Position numbers and translations under genes: made by a program
Assembly (NCBI GenBank): GCA_002633005.1
Contig: NMRA01000228.1
Coordinates: forward strand, 236,120 to 300,119
Direction: 5' to 3'
Length of the DNA stretch: 64,000 nt
DNA from: Phoronis australis
Taxonomy: Eukaryota > Animalia > Phoronida
Shown: positions 53,601 to 64,000 of the stretch, piece after piece
How positions within the stretch are numbered: position 1 is the stretch's first letter
Layout of the letters: every line of letters starts with the position of its first letter
Notes under the pieces: generated by a model
Told to the model about the DNA's origin: nothing
The model's database searches: none
Seen by the model: only the letters and a program-made list of their open reading frames with translations

Positions 53601-56600
53601 CCTGATGTACAATCGGAGCATTGTTGTCGCCACCAGTTGGTTGGGTGGCCCTGACTGTTCTTAACATGTTCTCGACTGTTTACCAACGTGAAACCTACTT
53701 GCGACTTTTTAACCACGTGCGTTTTCCGATTGCTCCCATAGATGACATACTGATTTAATCGTTAAATCAGTACATGTATGTCCTCTATGGGAGCAAGCGG
53801 GAAAACCAGGTGGCCGAAAAGTTGAAGGTCGGTGCGACGTTGGCAAACGGTCGCCTCTAAGTTGGTGCGACGTTGGCAAACGGTCGCCTCTAAGTTGGTG
53901 CGACGTTGGCAAACAGTTGCCTCTTAGTTGGTGCAACGTTGGCGAGCAGCCGCCTCTACGTTGGTCCGACGTCGGTAAACAATCGCTTGCAGGGTGGCGG
54001 GACGTTGATAAGTGGTCGGAATTGAATTGGCGCGACGTCGGTAAAGGGTCGTATTTCCGCCGTCGGGCCCAGGTCGTACCGTCGTCGGTTATTAGTCGGC
54101 AGTCGGACCAACGTCGGGTCATCGGCGGCCCGACTGCGACGTTCTTACGACGTTGTTACAACGTTCATCCGATGGACAAAATCACGTTGGTCCGACGTCA
54201 GACACCAACGTTGGCCCGACGTAACGTGAGTCGTCGGACCGACGTTGGGCCACCGACAGCATGCTATCTGGGTAGCAGTGTACTGCAAACAATATGGTGG
54301 TGAAGTGAAAATTGATTTTGTAAAAATAAATATTAAACAAATTCAGTCTATCGTAACCTTAATTACAACAGTGTAGGTGTCATAAAACAACACGCAGCAG
54401 CGACGTCTCCATTATTAATCTCCATTATTTGCAGCAAACTAATTGGTGCTTGGCAAATCAATAGTTGACCACTTTCACAATAGTTTTCTCGCAAAATACG
54501 TAAACAACTACTGTACTTACCTTTCAACATCAACCGCACCTGTATCAACATAGATATCTAAAAACACACCACCTAATAGATAACCAAGAGCTGGGCCCAC
54601 AACAGTCAGTGCATAGAATATACCTGAAAGAGCCAGAAGAGGTCACTAAGAAAAGCGGTTGGGCGAATTATGGGAGCATAAATTATAGATAACAGATTCG
54701 AAACTCCGTAATATCCTAGAGGCACCACCCTCTAAACATAGCAAACTCAATTTCCGGTTAGTGTATTGTGATTGTAAATTCTTGCATCTATTTTATTGTC
54801 CAGTACAATGAAAAAAAATTTTATGATCGACTTATGTCCCGAATAATAGATAAATGATACGCGTCACAAGCTCGTTACCAGAGATGAAAAGGAGACGGAT
54901 ATAAGGTCATTTATTATGACTAGTACAGTTACAATATAATGAATACAGGTAAATAACATATGAAACCCAGTTCAAAGTCTTCTAATACCGTAATCGTTCG
55001 GGTTAACGCCCATGCTCAGTTAACCGCCCACCCCCTACTTTAGGTGAATTTCGATTTAACCGCCCACTGCTCGGTTAACCGCCCCCCTGCTATTTTTGAA
55101 GATTTCCAATTAACCGCCCACTGCTCGGTTAACCGCCCATCCCCTACTTTTGACGATTGGTGATTACCGCCCTGTGCTAATAGGAAACGCGAATCCCCGA
55201 CCTTTTAGATTAAGATCGATGATAACATTGAGTGCAACGACGGCCTCAGAGACCGCGGTTTAGCAATGTGAATTATGATACCAGTAACAAATTATTGTAA
55301 CGGGTCATCGATTAACTTCAAAATGTAATACTTGAACACTTTGTCACTTTCTTTTCTTCTCATGTTCGCAAACTTTAGGAACCGCGCTGGCGTCTACACC
55401 TCCACTTTCAGCCACAATCTCTGCCGCACTGAGTTATCGACTACAGTGCACTATATAAAAGATGCATTCGAAATAACCAGGTCAGAGAAATGTGACATTG
55501 CTTTTGCCAACCCTCTGAATGCGCTTTAGGTTGTAAGCTCTCGGGATTTTGAAGAATTCCCATAAACCGCGAAAAGTTGATAAATTCTTTATATTTTGGT
55601 GAGTGTAATTGCCGGGTTATCGAGATCCCCGTCTTTCGAGTACTCTCGTCACGGTAATTTCGTCGCATATAGTAAACCGGGGTTACTTACCCGAACAATT
55701 AAGGCTTCGTCTAAGAATTATTTTTACCGAGAATAGATGGTTTCATTTGCTAACAAAAGCTGCGTCTCGCAGTCGAAACGAAAACCGCAACGACGGTTGT
55801 TCAAGGTCGACACTGGAATCGGCCGACTTCTTGTTTGCTAAGTCGACCAGTAAAAACGCGAGTGTAGACAGAAACTCGTGTTTGTGTTTTGCAATGTAAC
55901 TTGGTGGCAATTTTTTGAATGTAGAGTTTGTTAACAAAAAGTTTGTTATTGTATTTAGCCATTGAAAGGCCAGAGTACCGTACATGTCAACTCCACATAC
56001 CGGCAACATAAACAGGCGAATCGACAGTGCATGGCAGCTGAATAGTTGAACCCGATTTCGTGATTGATTATACATTTTTATGCTTTTTGACCATTCAGAC
56101 CAGGAGTACATTCTGTTATCTCGAAATGATTTTGAACTGAAATTCGGAACTGCTGGTAGTCCTTGTCTACGTGACCGTCAGTTAAGTTGTTTATTATGGG
56201 AGTGCACTGATCACAGGAAAAATGGGTCAGCACGTGACCACAACTGGGTTAAAACGACAGCACAGCTACCGTCTGCTACGCAGGTGAACATGTTCAACGT
56301 CTGCGAAGTATAGTGAAATAATGAGCATAATTCGCAATAATCGGTCTCACCTGAGGCGCCATATTATGTAGCAAACTTTCTATGCAAGCGTTCGGAGTTT
56401 GACCACACTCTACATTTTCGAAACTATTTGTTAATTAGAGTGCGCAGAGTACGCACTTGGTGGCGATAAAGTTCTTTTCAAAGTGTTAGGCGATCCCAGT
56501 ATGTGGCTTAGTACGTGTGGTGACTCAGATCATAAGGTAAGATTAACCGCCCAGGGCGGTTGCCGGTCGTAATAAGCGCCCATGTTCAGTTAACCGCCCC

Positions 56601-59600
56601 CCCCCCGTTTCCTTGAAATTTCACGTTTAAGCGCCCATGTCTGGTTAACCGCCCACCCCCGATTTTTTGGGTTCGCCAATTTAACCGCCCAGGGCGTTAA
56701 CCCGAACGATTACCGTAGTAGAACTCTTGGTATATGGTGAGTACTTTTGGCAATGCTACCTGACCACACAACAGCCAACCATGATTAGCAGGCGACATAA
56801 TTGCTGGAAGTAAAACGTGCTATGTTTGCCAGGTGTCACTAGTGAATAGTGACGTCACGGCTTATGCGTAAGATCACAGATTTCGTCCATTATACGTAGT
56901 TGGTGTTCTATGTACTATAGTCTATGATGACAGTCAAATTTGTCAGGTCTCTAAGGATATATTGGGACGGTTTGCGCTGTACTTTATCAGCCATGCATCC
57001 CTGCCAACAATCTTTGAATCAAGTTTCATTAAAGTCCTAACCTATAGAAAGGCAACTATTTTGTGTTGTAACATTTGGTATACAACTAGCCATTTCCACA
57101 AAAGGCAACTGAAGCAGGTCAAAGGGACAATGGACAAACAGTCATTAGCACTGACCTAGCTCTTGTTAACACATAATTCATTTGCAAGAACATATGGCAA
57201 GCCACTTATGGTCAACACCACCTTTCAGAGCACTTGTTACACTACAAAAATTCCAAGACCTAGACTGAAGTTAAGGGTGTTTGTGCAGAACTTTGTATTG
57301 CATAACCAGATACTGACAACCTCTGGTCAACATGTTTCAGAGCACTTGTTATACTACAAGAAATTCCAAGACCTAGAATGAAATTATAAGGCTGTTTGCC
57401 ATGTGCAGAACTCTGTATTGCATAACCAGATCCGGACAACCTCTGGTCACTTGTTATGGGAAAGACTCAATTTAGGAAACAGCAAAACAGACAAGTAATA
57501 TTTTTTACATTCTTGACATGGACGATGAGTAGCACCAAACTGGTGTTTTCCCTGTGTTCAAGCTGTGCACCACAAATACCACTAGACAATATTTCATTAA
57601 ACTAAGGGCACTCACAAAAATGTTAGAAGTACTTGACAAACAAAAAGGGCAATTACAGAAATTGCATTGGCTGAAATTAGTGAAATTTTACTGTACGCTA
57701 AATTGCAAAATTTGAAAAACTCAAAAAGAAAACATTGCCTCAACAAATCTGATCCTGGGTTAGACTAACGTGAGAGAATACATACCGACATACAAAGATG
57801 TCATCTTAGGCTTCAAGTTTTCATCCAGGAATGTCACTCCCAAAGTATAAAGAGGTGCTGCCCCAGCCCCATGGAACAGTTGCGCAAGAATGAACACATA
57901 TCTGTAGTTCGATAAACTGGACTGCGAACTTTCTAACGTACATACAGTTGAGTTTAGGGTAACGTTCCTGTAGCATCGATTCTGGATCACCGATTCAAAG
58001 ACATACAAGCCTGTGGTAAAGTGGGGGAGACTGAAGATCAGGGCTCCAATACCCATAATAAACAGGCCACCACCAATCCAACGTGGCTTACGTCCAATAC
58101 CACCGAAGTAGCTGACAGGAATGAGACAAAGCACCGAGGCAATGTCATAACCACTGGCAATGATGCCTGTCTCTGTACTAGCCATGTCGAATCGCTTCTC
58201 CAGTGAGCTGATAACACTGGGCACAAATCCATTCACGATAAGTCCCTGTTAGGAAATATAAATGAGTAGCAGAATTAAATGTGTTTCTATTGAAACAGAA
58301 ATAATAAATGAAAATGTTGTAATGTGCACATAGCTACCCACTTGCGTCACTGATAGTTGTGCAAAGTTTCATTAAGTACGATTCATAACAGGCACATACA
58401 CATGATAGGAATACAAAAGTGAATAACGAGTAAAACTGAATGAAACTGATGCATATGAAAAGACCATTTTGTATTTAAAGACAATGACTCAAAAAGCTTT
58501 GCACCGAGGCTAGCCTATCCGAAAACAACCTCAGTTCAACATGGCTCACTAATACTACATGCTCATACATATGTTCCCATTATTCAAATCAAATAAAACA
58601 CACATTACAAGGTTTTACACTGTTACATAAAAAGTATTTGCTGTGAAAATATTATGTAGTCAGATGGTTAAAATCATCAATTTTAGGTTTGATGTCAAAG
58701 TCATGTTAGAAACAGACAACCATGCTTAAAGTGATTTAAAGTGACTCTCCCTTGAAACTTAGGGGGCAGCTAAGGTAACTGAAATATGCACGGTAACTGA
58801 AATATGCACGTTAACCACTAACCAGGTATTTTGCCAGCCAAGAGCAGCTATTTCAGGTTTCAGGAGAGAGACATTTTATACGCAGGCAACCAGGCTCAGA
58901 GGGATTGGAGTTACCCTTTGTTGAAATTTCGGGGTGTTACTTTAGTGGTAATACGCAACCAGTGACCCTTCCTAGAAACTTAAGAGAATTCCTTCTAAGC
59001 TTGAATCTATACTGTTGCCATGGTGACCAGATATTTTGAAATTACAACAGAATACTAAACAGTGCATACCACATACCAACACAATTTTGAAATATTTAAA
59101 GTGCCAGTGTTTACTTCATCAAAGACACGTTGTAACCAGTAAAACAATTTTCATAATCCAAAAATGGCTGCAAGGGCAACTCATGAGTACACAAAACGGA
59201 AAATGGCACCTTTAACAAGATAAAAGCTGCCCAAAGTTAATGCAATAAATTTGCATTTTATAAACCAATAACTAAAAGCAATGACTTACAGCTGATATGT
59301 CAAAACAAGGAGCACGTTCAAAGAAACACATTTCTCAAATTTAACAGTTTCTGAAGTTAACATCCCTCCCTGAAAAAGAGAGGTGCACTCGAATTCAATT
59401 TGTCACACAATACGTGTGTTACCGAAGACTTCCCGTTGTTTATCTCACTAGGAGGAGCTGGAGTAATCGAAATTGTCCAAAATTCGTTGTCAGACGTCCT
59501 CTCCCCAGTAGAAACACTAAGAGCAATTTTGAAGTGGCTTGGCTGACAAAAAGGCAAAAGCCGAAAAACACACGAAAAGAGCCACTAGGTATCGCACAAT

Positions 59601-62600
59601 ATGTTGAATCCACCCGAAAACAAGAAGGTTTCATGGTCTTTTTAACTCTGACATGAAAAGATTTGATAAACTGGACAAATACCCGTGGAAGCGTGATCTG
59701 AAATTCTTCACCTTCCTGATGTCAATGAGAGTCATGCCTGATTTCCAAAACTTGGTCATGTGCTTTCTTATCTCCAGGACAAAGGAGAGTTCTAATGCCA
59801 AGTAATCCGGGACGGCCCTATTAGGGCAAGACGGAAATTACGGAATGTGACAAGAGTCGTATGAATGCTATGCCGAGTGCAAAAATTTTTGAGAAATGAA
59901 ATTATTGCGCATTTTTTCCGCAAAGCTGCTGCTTGAGTGAACACCTTTAATAAGTAAGACAAAAGTCTCCCTGCTCACAATGCAATTTCCAATGTTTTTG
60001 TGCAGAACACTTAATATATTCTGTCAGAGGAATGGAAACTGTTGATCATTAACCACCAAAAGTTGTTGAACTTTGATGACAGTCTTCTAGTTGACATATG
60101 TAAGGGTAAACCAGATGTTGCATGCTGTTTTATTTGACACACACTCATACACACAAGGACATTGTAAGACAAAACAGTGTAACAGTAATTTATGCTCGGA
60201 ATATGTCCCGAAAATAATAGGTGCGTCGCAAGCTCCGTTTCCAGAAATACAAAGGAGACCGTGTATAGGCGATATAAGGTCATTTATTATGACTGATAAG
60301 GTACAGAAATATGAGTGTAGAAATAACATAAAGATAAAATAATAATCTCTGGAAAGATGGGCAATAAAAAGCGCCAGCACTCAGGTAAGAGGAACTACCC
60401 AAAGTAGAGGGTGGTAGAGGGTGGGAAAAATGAAGAGAGATTAGCTCGAACCTAAGTGCTGCAAAGCGAAGTACAGATGGCAGGAAATATAACTTTCTTG
60501 AGAATAAAGGAGCCCTATGACACGTGACAATCATCAGCCTATGGGAGCCAAGAGCTGACCAAACTCGTGGCAGTAATACAAACGAACCAATAGTGAGGCT
60601 GGAAATGGAATGTCCTAGTGCCTTGAGTGCAGGAGGACCGCATGCGAATCTACACAAGGGATTATTGGACCAGTCCGAAAGATGGGGGTATAAGAGGGAC
60701 GAGTCCATATTCTCGCATAAATATATTTAACGAGTGAAATATCATTTATGCTCGGAATATGTCCCGAAAATAATAGGTGCGTCGCAAGCTCCGTTTCAAG
60801 AGATACAAAGGAGACCGTGTATAGGCGATATAAGGTCATTTATTATGACTGATAAGGTACAGAAATATGAGTGTAGAAATAACATAAAGATAAAATAATA
60901 ATCTCTGGAAAGATGGGCAATAAAAAGCGCCACGAGAGATGTTGAAGACATCTCATGCCCATCCGCATGAGTCAGATGAAGGTCAAAATGCAGACAATTT
61001 CTTTAACGTCAGCGTTGGCCCATGACTCAGAGCACTAAAAAAATTTACAGATACTTGCAACGTTTGCACTGGATATTAAAAGAACTGGAAAGCTCAAAAT
61101 TTCCCTGAGCACAAGGATAATTTTTCCATCATTCAGTATGTTCATAAATATGACGTAGTGCACTTTGTCCATTTGTGAGCTTGTGATTGGCTCAAGAGGA
61201 AGCATATAGTGCCACATCTTGCTAAACAAGTTATATGAAAATCTGCTTTTAACACAAAAATGTGCAACTTATAAAATACAGGGATTTTTTAACCTCAAAT
61301 GCTTGAAGATATATCTTGCCATACCGGAAAAATGAAGTTGCGACCCTGACATGGTCACAGAATGAAAAGACGGGCTACGGTTCACAATATGTAGAAGCAG
61401 CAGTGCCAATTAACTGAAAACAAGTCAACAGTGCTCTCCCCAATCCGAACGTATCCGCCAGTCCTTTCATCATTAGTCAAATAGTTTGGAGGATACAGTA
61501 GCAAGGAAGACAACAAAGAACAGACACAAAAACAATAGAAAATCCTGTAGGTCAAATCTGCCTGAAACTGGGCCAGTGCTGCCATCAATGTAATAAAAAC
61601 TAACTCGACAAATTTCGTGAACTTCCATAACGGAATCTGGCAGAAATAAGTACGTCTATGCAAGGAAAACAAAATTACCCCAAATGGACAAAGCAGTTGT
61701 TTGATTTGTCCCAAACTCCACTTCTACCGTATTCTCAAAAAACATAAACAAATGAAGAACCATCCAGGAACTTGAAAGATATTGAGTCAAAGCAGTCAGA
61801 CTTGTGTGAAAATCATCATCAGCTATGAACTTCCCAGAAGAAACGCATATGACAATTTTCATAATTAGCGCCTGACACAGACAAAAACGCAGGTCAAAAA
61901 TAAAAGTGACAGTCTATTTCCCACTCGTATTCCTGGATTTAGGCTCTTAAATATTGACGACCAGAAAAAATGCCGAACGCCCGACCCGCGCCAGTTCAAA
62001 TAAGAGTGAGGTTAATTTTGTACTCATATTTTACTTTTCCCAATGGTATTTTGGAGCATTTACTTGCTTGTGTCAAGTCCTATTATGATCCTTAGAGTGG
62101 TTCGGATGATAAGAGATATGGACGCCAAAAACCAGACTCGAAAAACTATAACAAGAGCAATGCAGAGCGTTGAAATGCGCCCACAATTGCACCGTATACG
62201 GTATCCTTCTAGGGTTGTCTATTGGTACCATAAAGTGGCCAGTAGAGGGCATATATGTAGTATGTTGTACTTTGCAAAATGGAAAGGCATGGTCATTGTC
62301 TCCTCAATAGGCTAGGTTTCAAAATGTGAGTGATCTTCATAATACAAGCACATCCTCTGCATCAGTTGCTTAAAGCACCACAGAAACATAGAATTAAAAA
62401 CAAATTTACCAACATACGAGATTAGCACAGCATTAGAATGCCAGAAACAAATTTCTACTTGGAACTTTTCCTTCATAGTCACGAAGTAACACAAAGTATA
62501 CACCTGAAGACCTATGAAAATACAGAGGTCAATGTGAAATATTTAAATTGCCACTAGAGGCATACTGGTAGTCAGAATCATCCTAAAGTCGTCATCATCC

Positions 62601-64000
62601 GTTGTCAACATCACATAAATATACTTGTTAAATTTAGTAAAGATCCTGCAAACGGTTTGGGAGATACAGCCATGGGTGCAAAAAAAAACTGCCACTAGGA
62701 GGCTCCACAGTAATCAAAGTCATGGGAAATTTAGCGTCAACCGTCCTCTTCATAGTAAGAACATACATGCCAATTTTCACAATCATACTTAGAGCGGTTT
62801 GGTTGATAGAGGGGTGGACGCCAAAAAAACAGACTCAAAAACAGTAAAAATGGCCACTGGGTGTCACAAACTAGGTCGAATCCATCCGAAAACAGGAGAA
62901 TAGCGTCATCGCACTAATAGGTGCCTACATACCAAATTTCATGAAAATCCGTTTAGGATTTGTGAAGATACAGAGGTAAACGTAAAAAAATAAAATTGCC
63001 ACTAGGGGGCACCCTGGCAGGCGGATCCGTCCAAAAGTCGTCATCATCTGTTGCTAACATCATATAATTACACTTATTAAATTTCGTAAAGATCCTGCGA
63101 ACGGTTTAGGAGATACAGCGATAGGCGAAAAAAAAAACTGCCACTAGGAGGCGCCACAGTAGTCAAAATCGTCGGAAAATCATCGTCAACCGTCCTCAAC
63201 ATAGTAAGCATATACATGCCAATTTTCACAATCATCCTTTGAGCGGTTTGGTTGATAGAGGGGTGGACGCACAAAAACAGACTCGAAAACACTAAAAATG
63301 GCCACTAGGTGGCGCAAACTATGTCAAATCCATCTGAAAACGGGAGGATAGCGTCATCTCACTAATAGGTGCCTACATACCAAATTTCATGAAAATCCGT
63401 TCAGGACTTTTGAAGATACAAAGGTAAGCGTAAAAAAATTAAATTGCCACTAGGGGGCACACCGGTAGTCGGATCCGTCCGAAAGTTCGCACATGCCGTC
63501 CCATTCATGAATGGAACATATATGCCAAATTTCATGAACATATGTCAAAGGGTTTTGGAGATAAAGCAGCGGACGCCAGACGCCGGACGGACGCCGCCCG
63601 TACGGACGAAGATGACGGCATAATGCGTCCACATATAAATATGTGGGCGCATAATAAAAATGGACACTTGGTTGAGTACAACAGGTCAAAATCCACCTGG
63701 AATGGTGTTATTTCTTGAAAAGAAACCTATTTCAGTGTTGGCGTTAACACTCTGTCCAACTGTCTATATATTTTTACGCTTTGAAATTGAAAAGGATGCA
63801 AGATTCAGCGAGCCGGTACATCCTCTTAAGGCTGGTACACAAATGTTCGTGGGAGAACAGAGCAACAAGTTAACTAAACTAGGTCCTACCTGGATAGCAC
63901 CAGCCCAGCACAGCCAAAACAGCACAACTTTGGGACTGCGGAACCTCTGGCAACATTGAGGCTTGGCAGCTCCCCAGCCACATGGCTCATCGTCTTCACT
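33366..64000 (-). CDS. Solute carrier organic anion transporter (OATP/SLCO, SLCO4A1-like), paralog B, 5'-partial (first coding exon runs off the window)
   Basis: complement(join(63890..>64000,57786..58245,54521..54623,43538..43659,41880..42044,40064..40153,39404..39599,38475..38640,35596..35780,33366..33756)). All introns are GT-AG with the same positions and phases as paralog A. Motifs: LFWLCWAGAIQ|GLIVNGFVPSVISSLEKRF, PLYTLGVTFLDE, HPLWVGAWWLGF, PKFVEAQF, YAPVCG..YFSPCYAGC, RCLGTIPAPPLFG. Confidence 0.92.
35360..35580. mobile_element. Small MITE abutting the SLCO-B exon 9 donor
   Basis: GCCCGTTCCA ... TGGAACGGGC inverted termini with internal ACTTAA/CTTAAG motifs. Confidence 0.55.
35965..37410 (+). 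mobile_element. Penelope-like retroelement (RT + GIY-YIG endonuclease), 5'-truncated and decayed, antisense in SLCO-B intron 8
   Basis: ORF 35934-36812 carries PLE RT motifs (SxDVxxLFTxIP, YxQxxGxAMGSPIS, YVDA in place of YVDD, IKFTVE, YRKxTHTDQYL..SNHP). The frameshifted continuation has IPYxxGLSE and YIGET..L..RIKEH..E...I...P..NRDxG (GIY-YIG). A hammerhead-like motif follows. Confidence 0.92.
37345..37387 (+). ncRNA. Minimal hammerhead ribozyme motif (U3-A8 core variant) in the Penelope 3' pseudo-LTR
   Basis: TTCA-TTGACAA-A-GAACTGTA(GAC)TACAGTTC-GAAAC-GTT-TGAA: stem I TTCA/TGAA, 8-bp stem II, GAAA, palindromic stem III AAACGTTT. It sits where PLE hammerheads are expected, at the ORF end. 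Confidence 0.6.
37414..38212. mobile_element. PIF/Harbinger-like MITE
   Basis: TIRs of about 35 bp (GGGCTGTTCCAG(T/C)AAAATC..GGGAGGGGGGG) flanked by TAA on both sides. Confidence 0.8.
39785..40075 (-). repeat. Degenerate ~44-bp minisatellite containing the SLCO-B exon 6 3' end and splice donor
   Basis: On the - strand the unit CTCAGTAnnnnG|GTGAGTAT recurs; extra GTGAG donors have their GT at 39905, 39861 and 39817; the real donor GT is at 40063. Confidence 0.75.
40551..40930 (+). mobile_element. Kolobok-like non-autonomous element fragment
   Basis: Starts TTAAAGTGGAACTT and is homologous to the inverted copy at 5060-5947. The right end is not resolved. Confidence 0.55.
41595..41635. repeat. 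(TG)n microsatellite
   Basis: Directly visible; a second (TG)n lies at 44373-44396. Confidence 0.95.
43835..44909. mobile_element. TA-TSD DNA transposon derivative (pogo/Tc2-like termini) carrying a HIRAN-like ORF remnant
   Basis: TA|CCATATTCGCCCTAAT ... ATTAGGGCGAATACTG|TA with subterminal TAAGCGCCC motifs. It splits a tRNA-related repeat whose intact copy is at 45076-45217. Confidence 0.8.
44520..44790 (+). pseudogene. Frameshifted HIRAN-like domain ORF
   Basis: IRSFHVYKEIW / (frameshift) HNPVDKYAASVLKGLTIVGHVPRKISKTFALFL..LKCIVT..GLKI resembles the HIRAN pattern (RGxHVY..W, NxxDxxAV, GHVP). Confidence 0.6.
45076..45217 (+). mobile_element. tRNA-derived SINE-like repeat (second copy on the - strand at ~43780-44960, split by the TA element)
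   Basis: A box GGCTCAGTGG, B box GGTTCGAGTCC, perfect anticodon-like stem (TCTGC/GCAGA) and T stem (CTGGG/CCCAG), broken acceptor stem, and a ~70-nt tail shared with the inverted copy. Confidence 0.7.
45218..46978 (+). mobile_element. Helentron-type non-autonomous element with internal ~145-bp tandem array
   Basis: ACAAGAGCAATGC start, subterminal ATGCGCCCAC inverted to the 3' GTGGGCGCAT, about 11 tandem units, GACG/GACA microsatellite, and terminal palindrome ATGCGTCCACATATAAATATGTGGGCGCAT plus an A-run. Confidence 0.85.
47595..48316 (+). mobile_element. Older diverged copy of the Helentron-type family
   Basis: Units with GCCACAAGGGGGCAC and GCCACTAGGGGGCAC and a decayed 3' palindrome; boundaries approximate. 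Confidence 0.6.
49846..50577. other. Assembly gap (N run); a second short gap is at 26333-26349
   Basis: Runs of N. Confidence 1.
51496..51693 (+). pseudogene. Decayed spliced ORF exon inside the CMC-like element
   Basis: tttcag|a ATG YADVYFTDEGSVEVVPKCWVC...PP, then a frameshift and a stop, then PEVDW..AT g|gtaagt. It resembles accessory ORFs I associate with animal CMC transposons (recognition from memory only). Confidence 0.45.
54988..56715. mobile_element. TA-TSD non-autonomous DNA transposon (pogo/Tc2-like CCGTA termini)
   Basis: TA|CCGTAATCGTTCGGGTTAACGCCC ... GGGCGTTAACCCGAACGATTACCG|TA (24-bp TIR, 1 mismatch), with multiple TTAACCGCCC subterminal repeats at both ends. Confidence 0.88.
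57223..57449. repeat. ~113-bp tandem duplication
   Basis: TTCAGAGCACTTGTTA..ACAACCTCTGGTCA occurs twice. Confidence 0.85.
60188..60932. mobile_element. Young element with 189-bp direct terminal repeats (60188-60376, 60744-60932) around a 367-bp core
   Basis: The two repeats differ at only 2 positions by my reading; a decayed third copy lies at about 54830-54965. There are no TG..CA ends and no clear TSD. Confidence 0.75.
62150..63660 (+). mobile_element. Helentron-type non-autonomous element with internal tandem array
   Basis: Same termini and palindrome as 45218-46978; internal units spaced about 141/161/146 bp. Confidence 0.85.

Larger units (their letters stand above)
49091..54272. mobile_element. 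CMC/EnSpm(CACTA)-like non-autonomous transposon (~5.2 kb, contains an assembly gap)
   Basis: 12-bp TIR CCCAGATAGCAT/ATGCTATCTGGG, 2-bp TSD TA, dense subterminal GACGTTGG/CCGACG repeats at both ends (49110-49720, 53820-54255) and a ~256-bp internal tandem duplication (49275-49775). Confidence 0.85.

Noticed and set aside
53709-54303. Regularly spaced short repeats and repetitive ORFs that look CRISPR-like (also 49110-49750)
   Set aside because: The repeats are degenerate with no unique spacers and no cas genes, the context is eukaryotic, and they are subterminal repeats inside CMC-like TIRs.
55332-56313. Short ORFs inside the 54988-56715 transposon as possible transposase remnants
   Set aside because: I could not recognise HTH or DDE motifs in any frame.

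Overview
Eukaryotic (animal, probably invertebrate) genomic DNA with three spliced protein-coding genes that I reconstructed exon by exon with consistent phases. (1) A complete 6-exon mitochondrial ATPase inhibitor gene (ATP5IF1/ATPIF1-like, + strand, 410-11061). (2) A complete 10-exon SLCO/OATP organic anion transporter (- strand, 14067-25672). (3) A tandem SLCO paralog with the same intron positions (- strand, 33366->64000, start outside the window). The introns are full of mobile DNA: a decayed Penelope-like retroelement, a CMC/EnSpm-like element, TA-TSD pogo/Tc2-like elements, Merlin-, hAT- and Harbinger-like MITEs, and several Helentron-type non-autonomous elements. Most notable observations: three GC-AG introns in one SLCO paralog where its sister uses GT; two minisatellites that multiply real splice sites (a 3' site in ATPIF1, a 5' site in SLCO-B); a minimal hammerhead ribozyme with a compensatory U3-A8 core at the Penelope 3' end; Helentron-type elements carrying phased arrays of CTCF-consensus motifs; and a HIRAN-like cargo ORF in a DNA transposon. 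All calls are by eye with no database search, so TE superfamily assignments and functional interpretations are inference.
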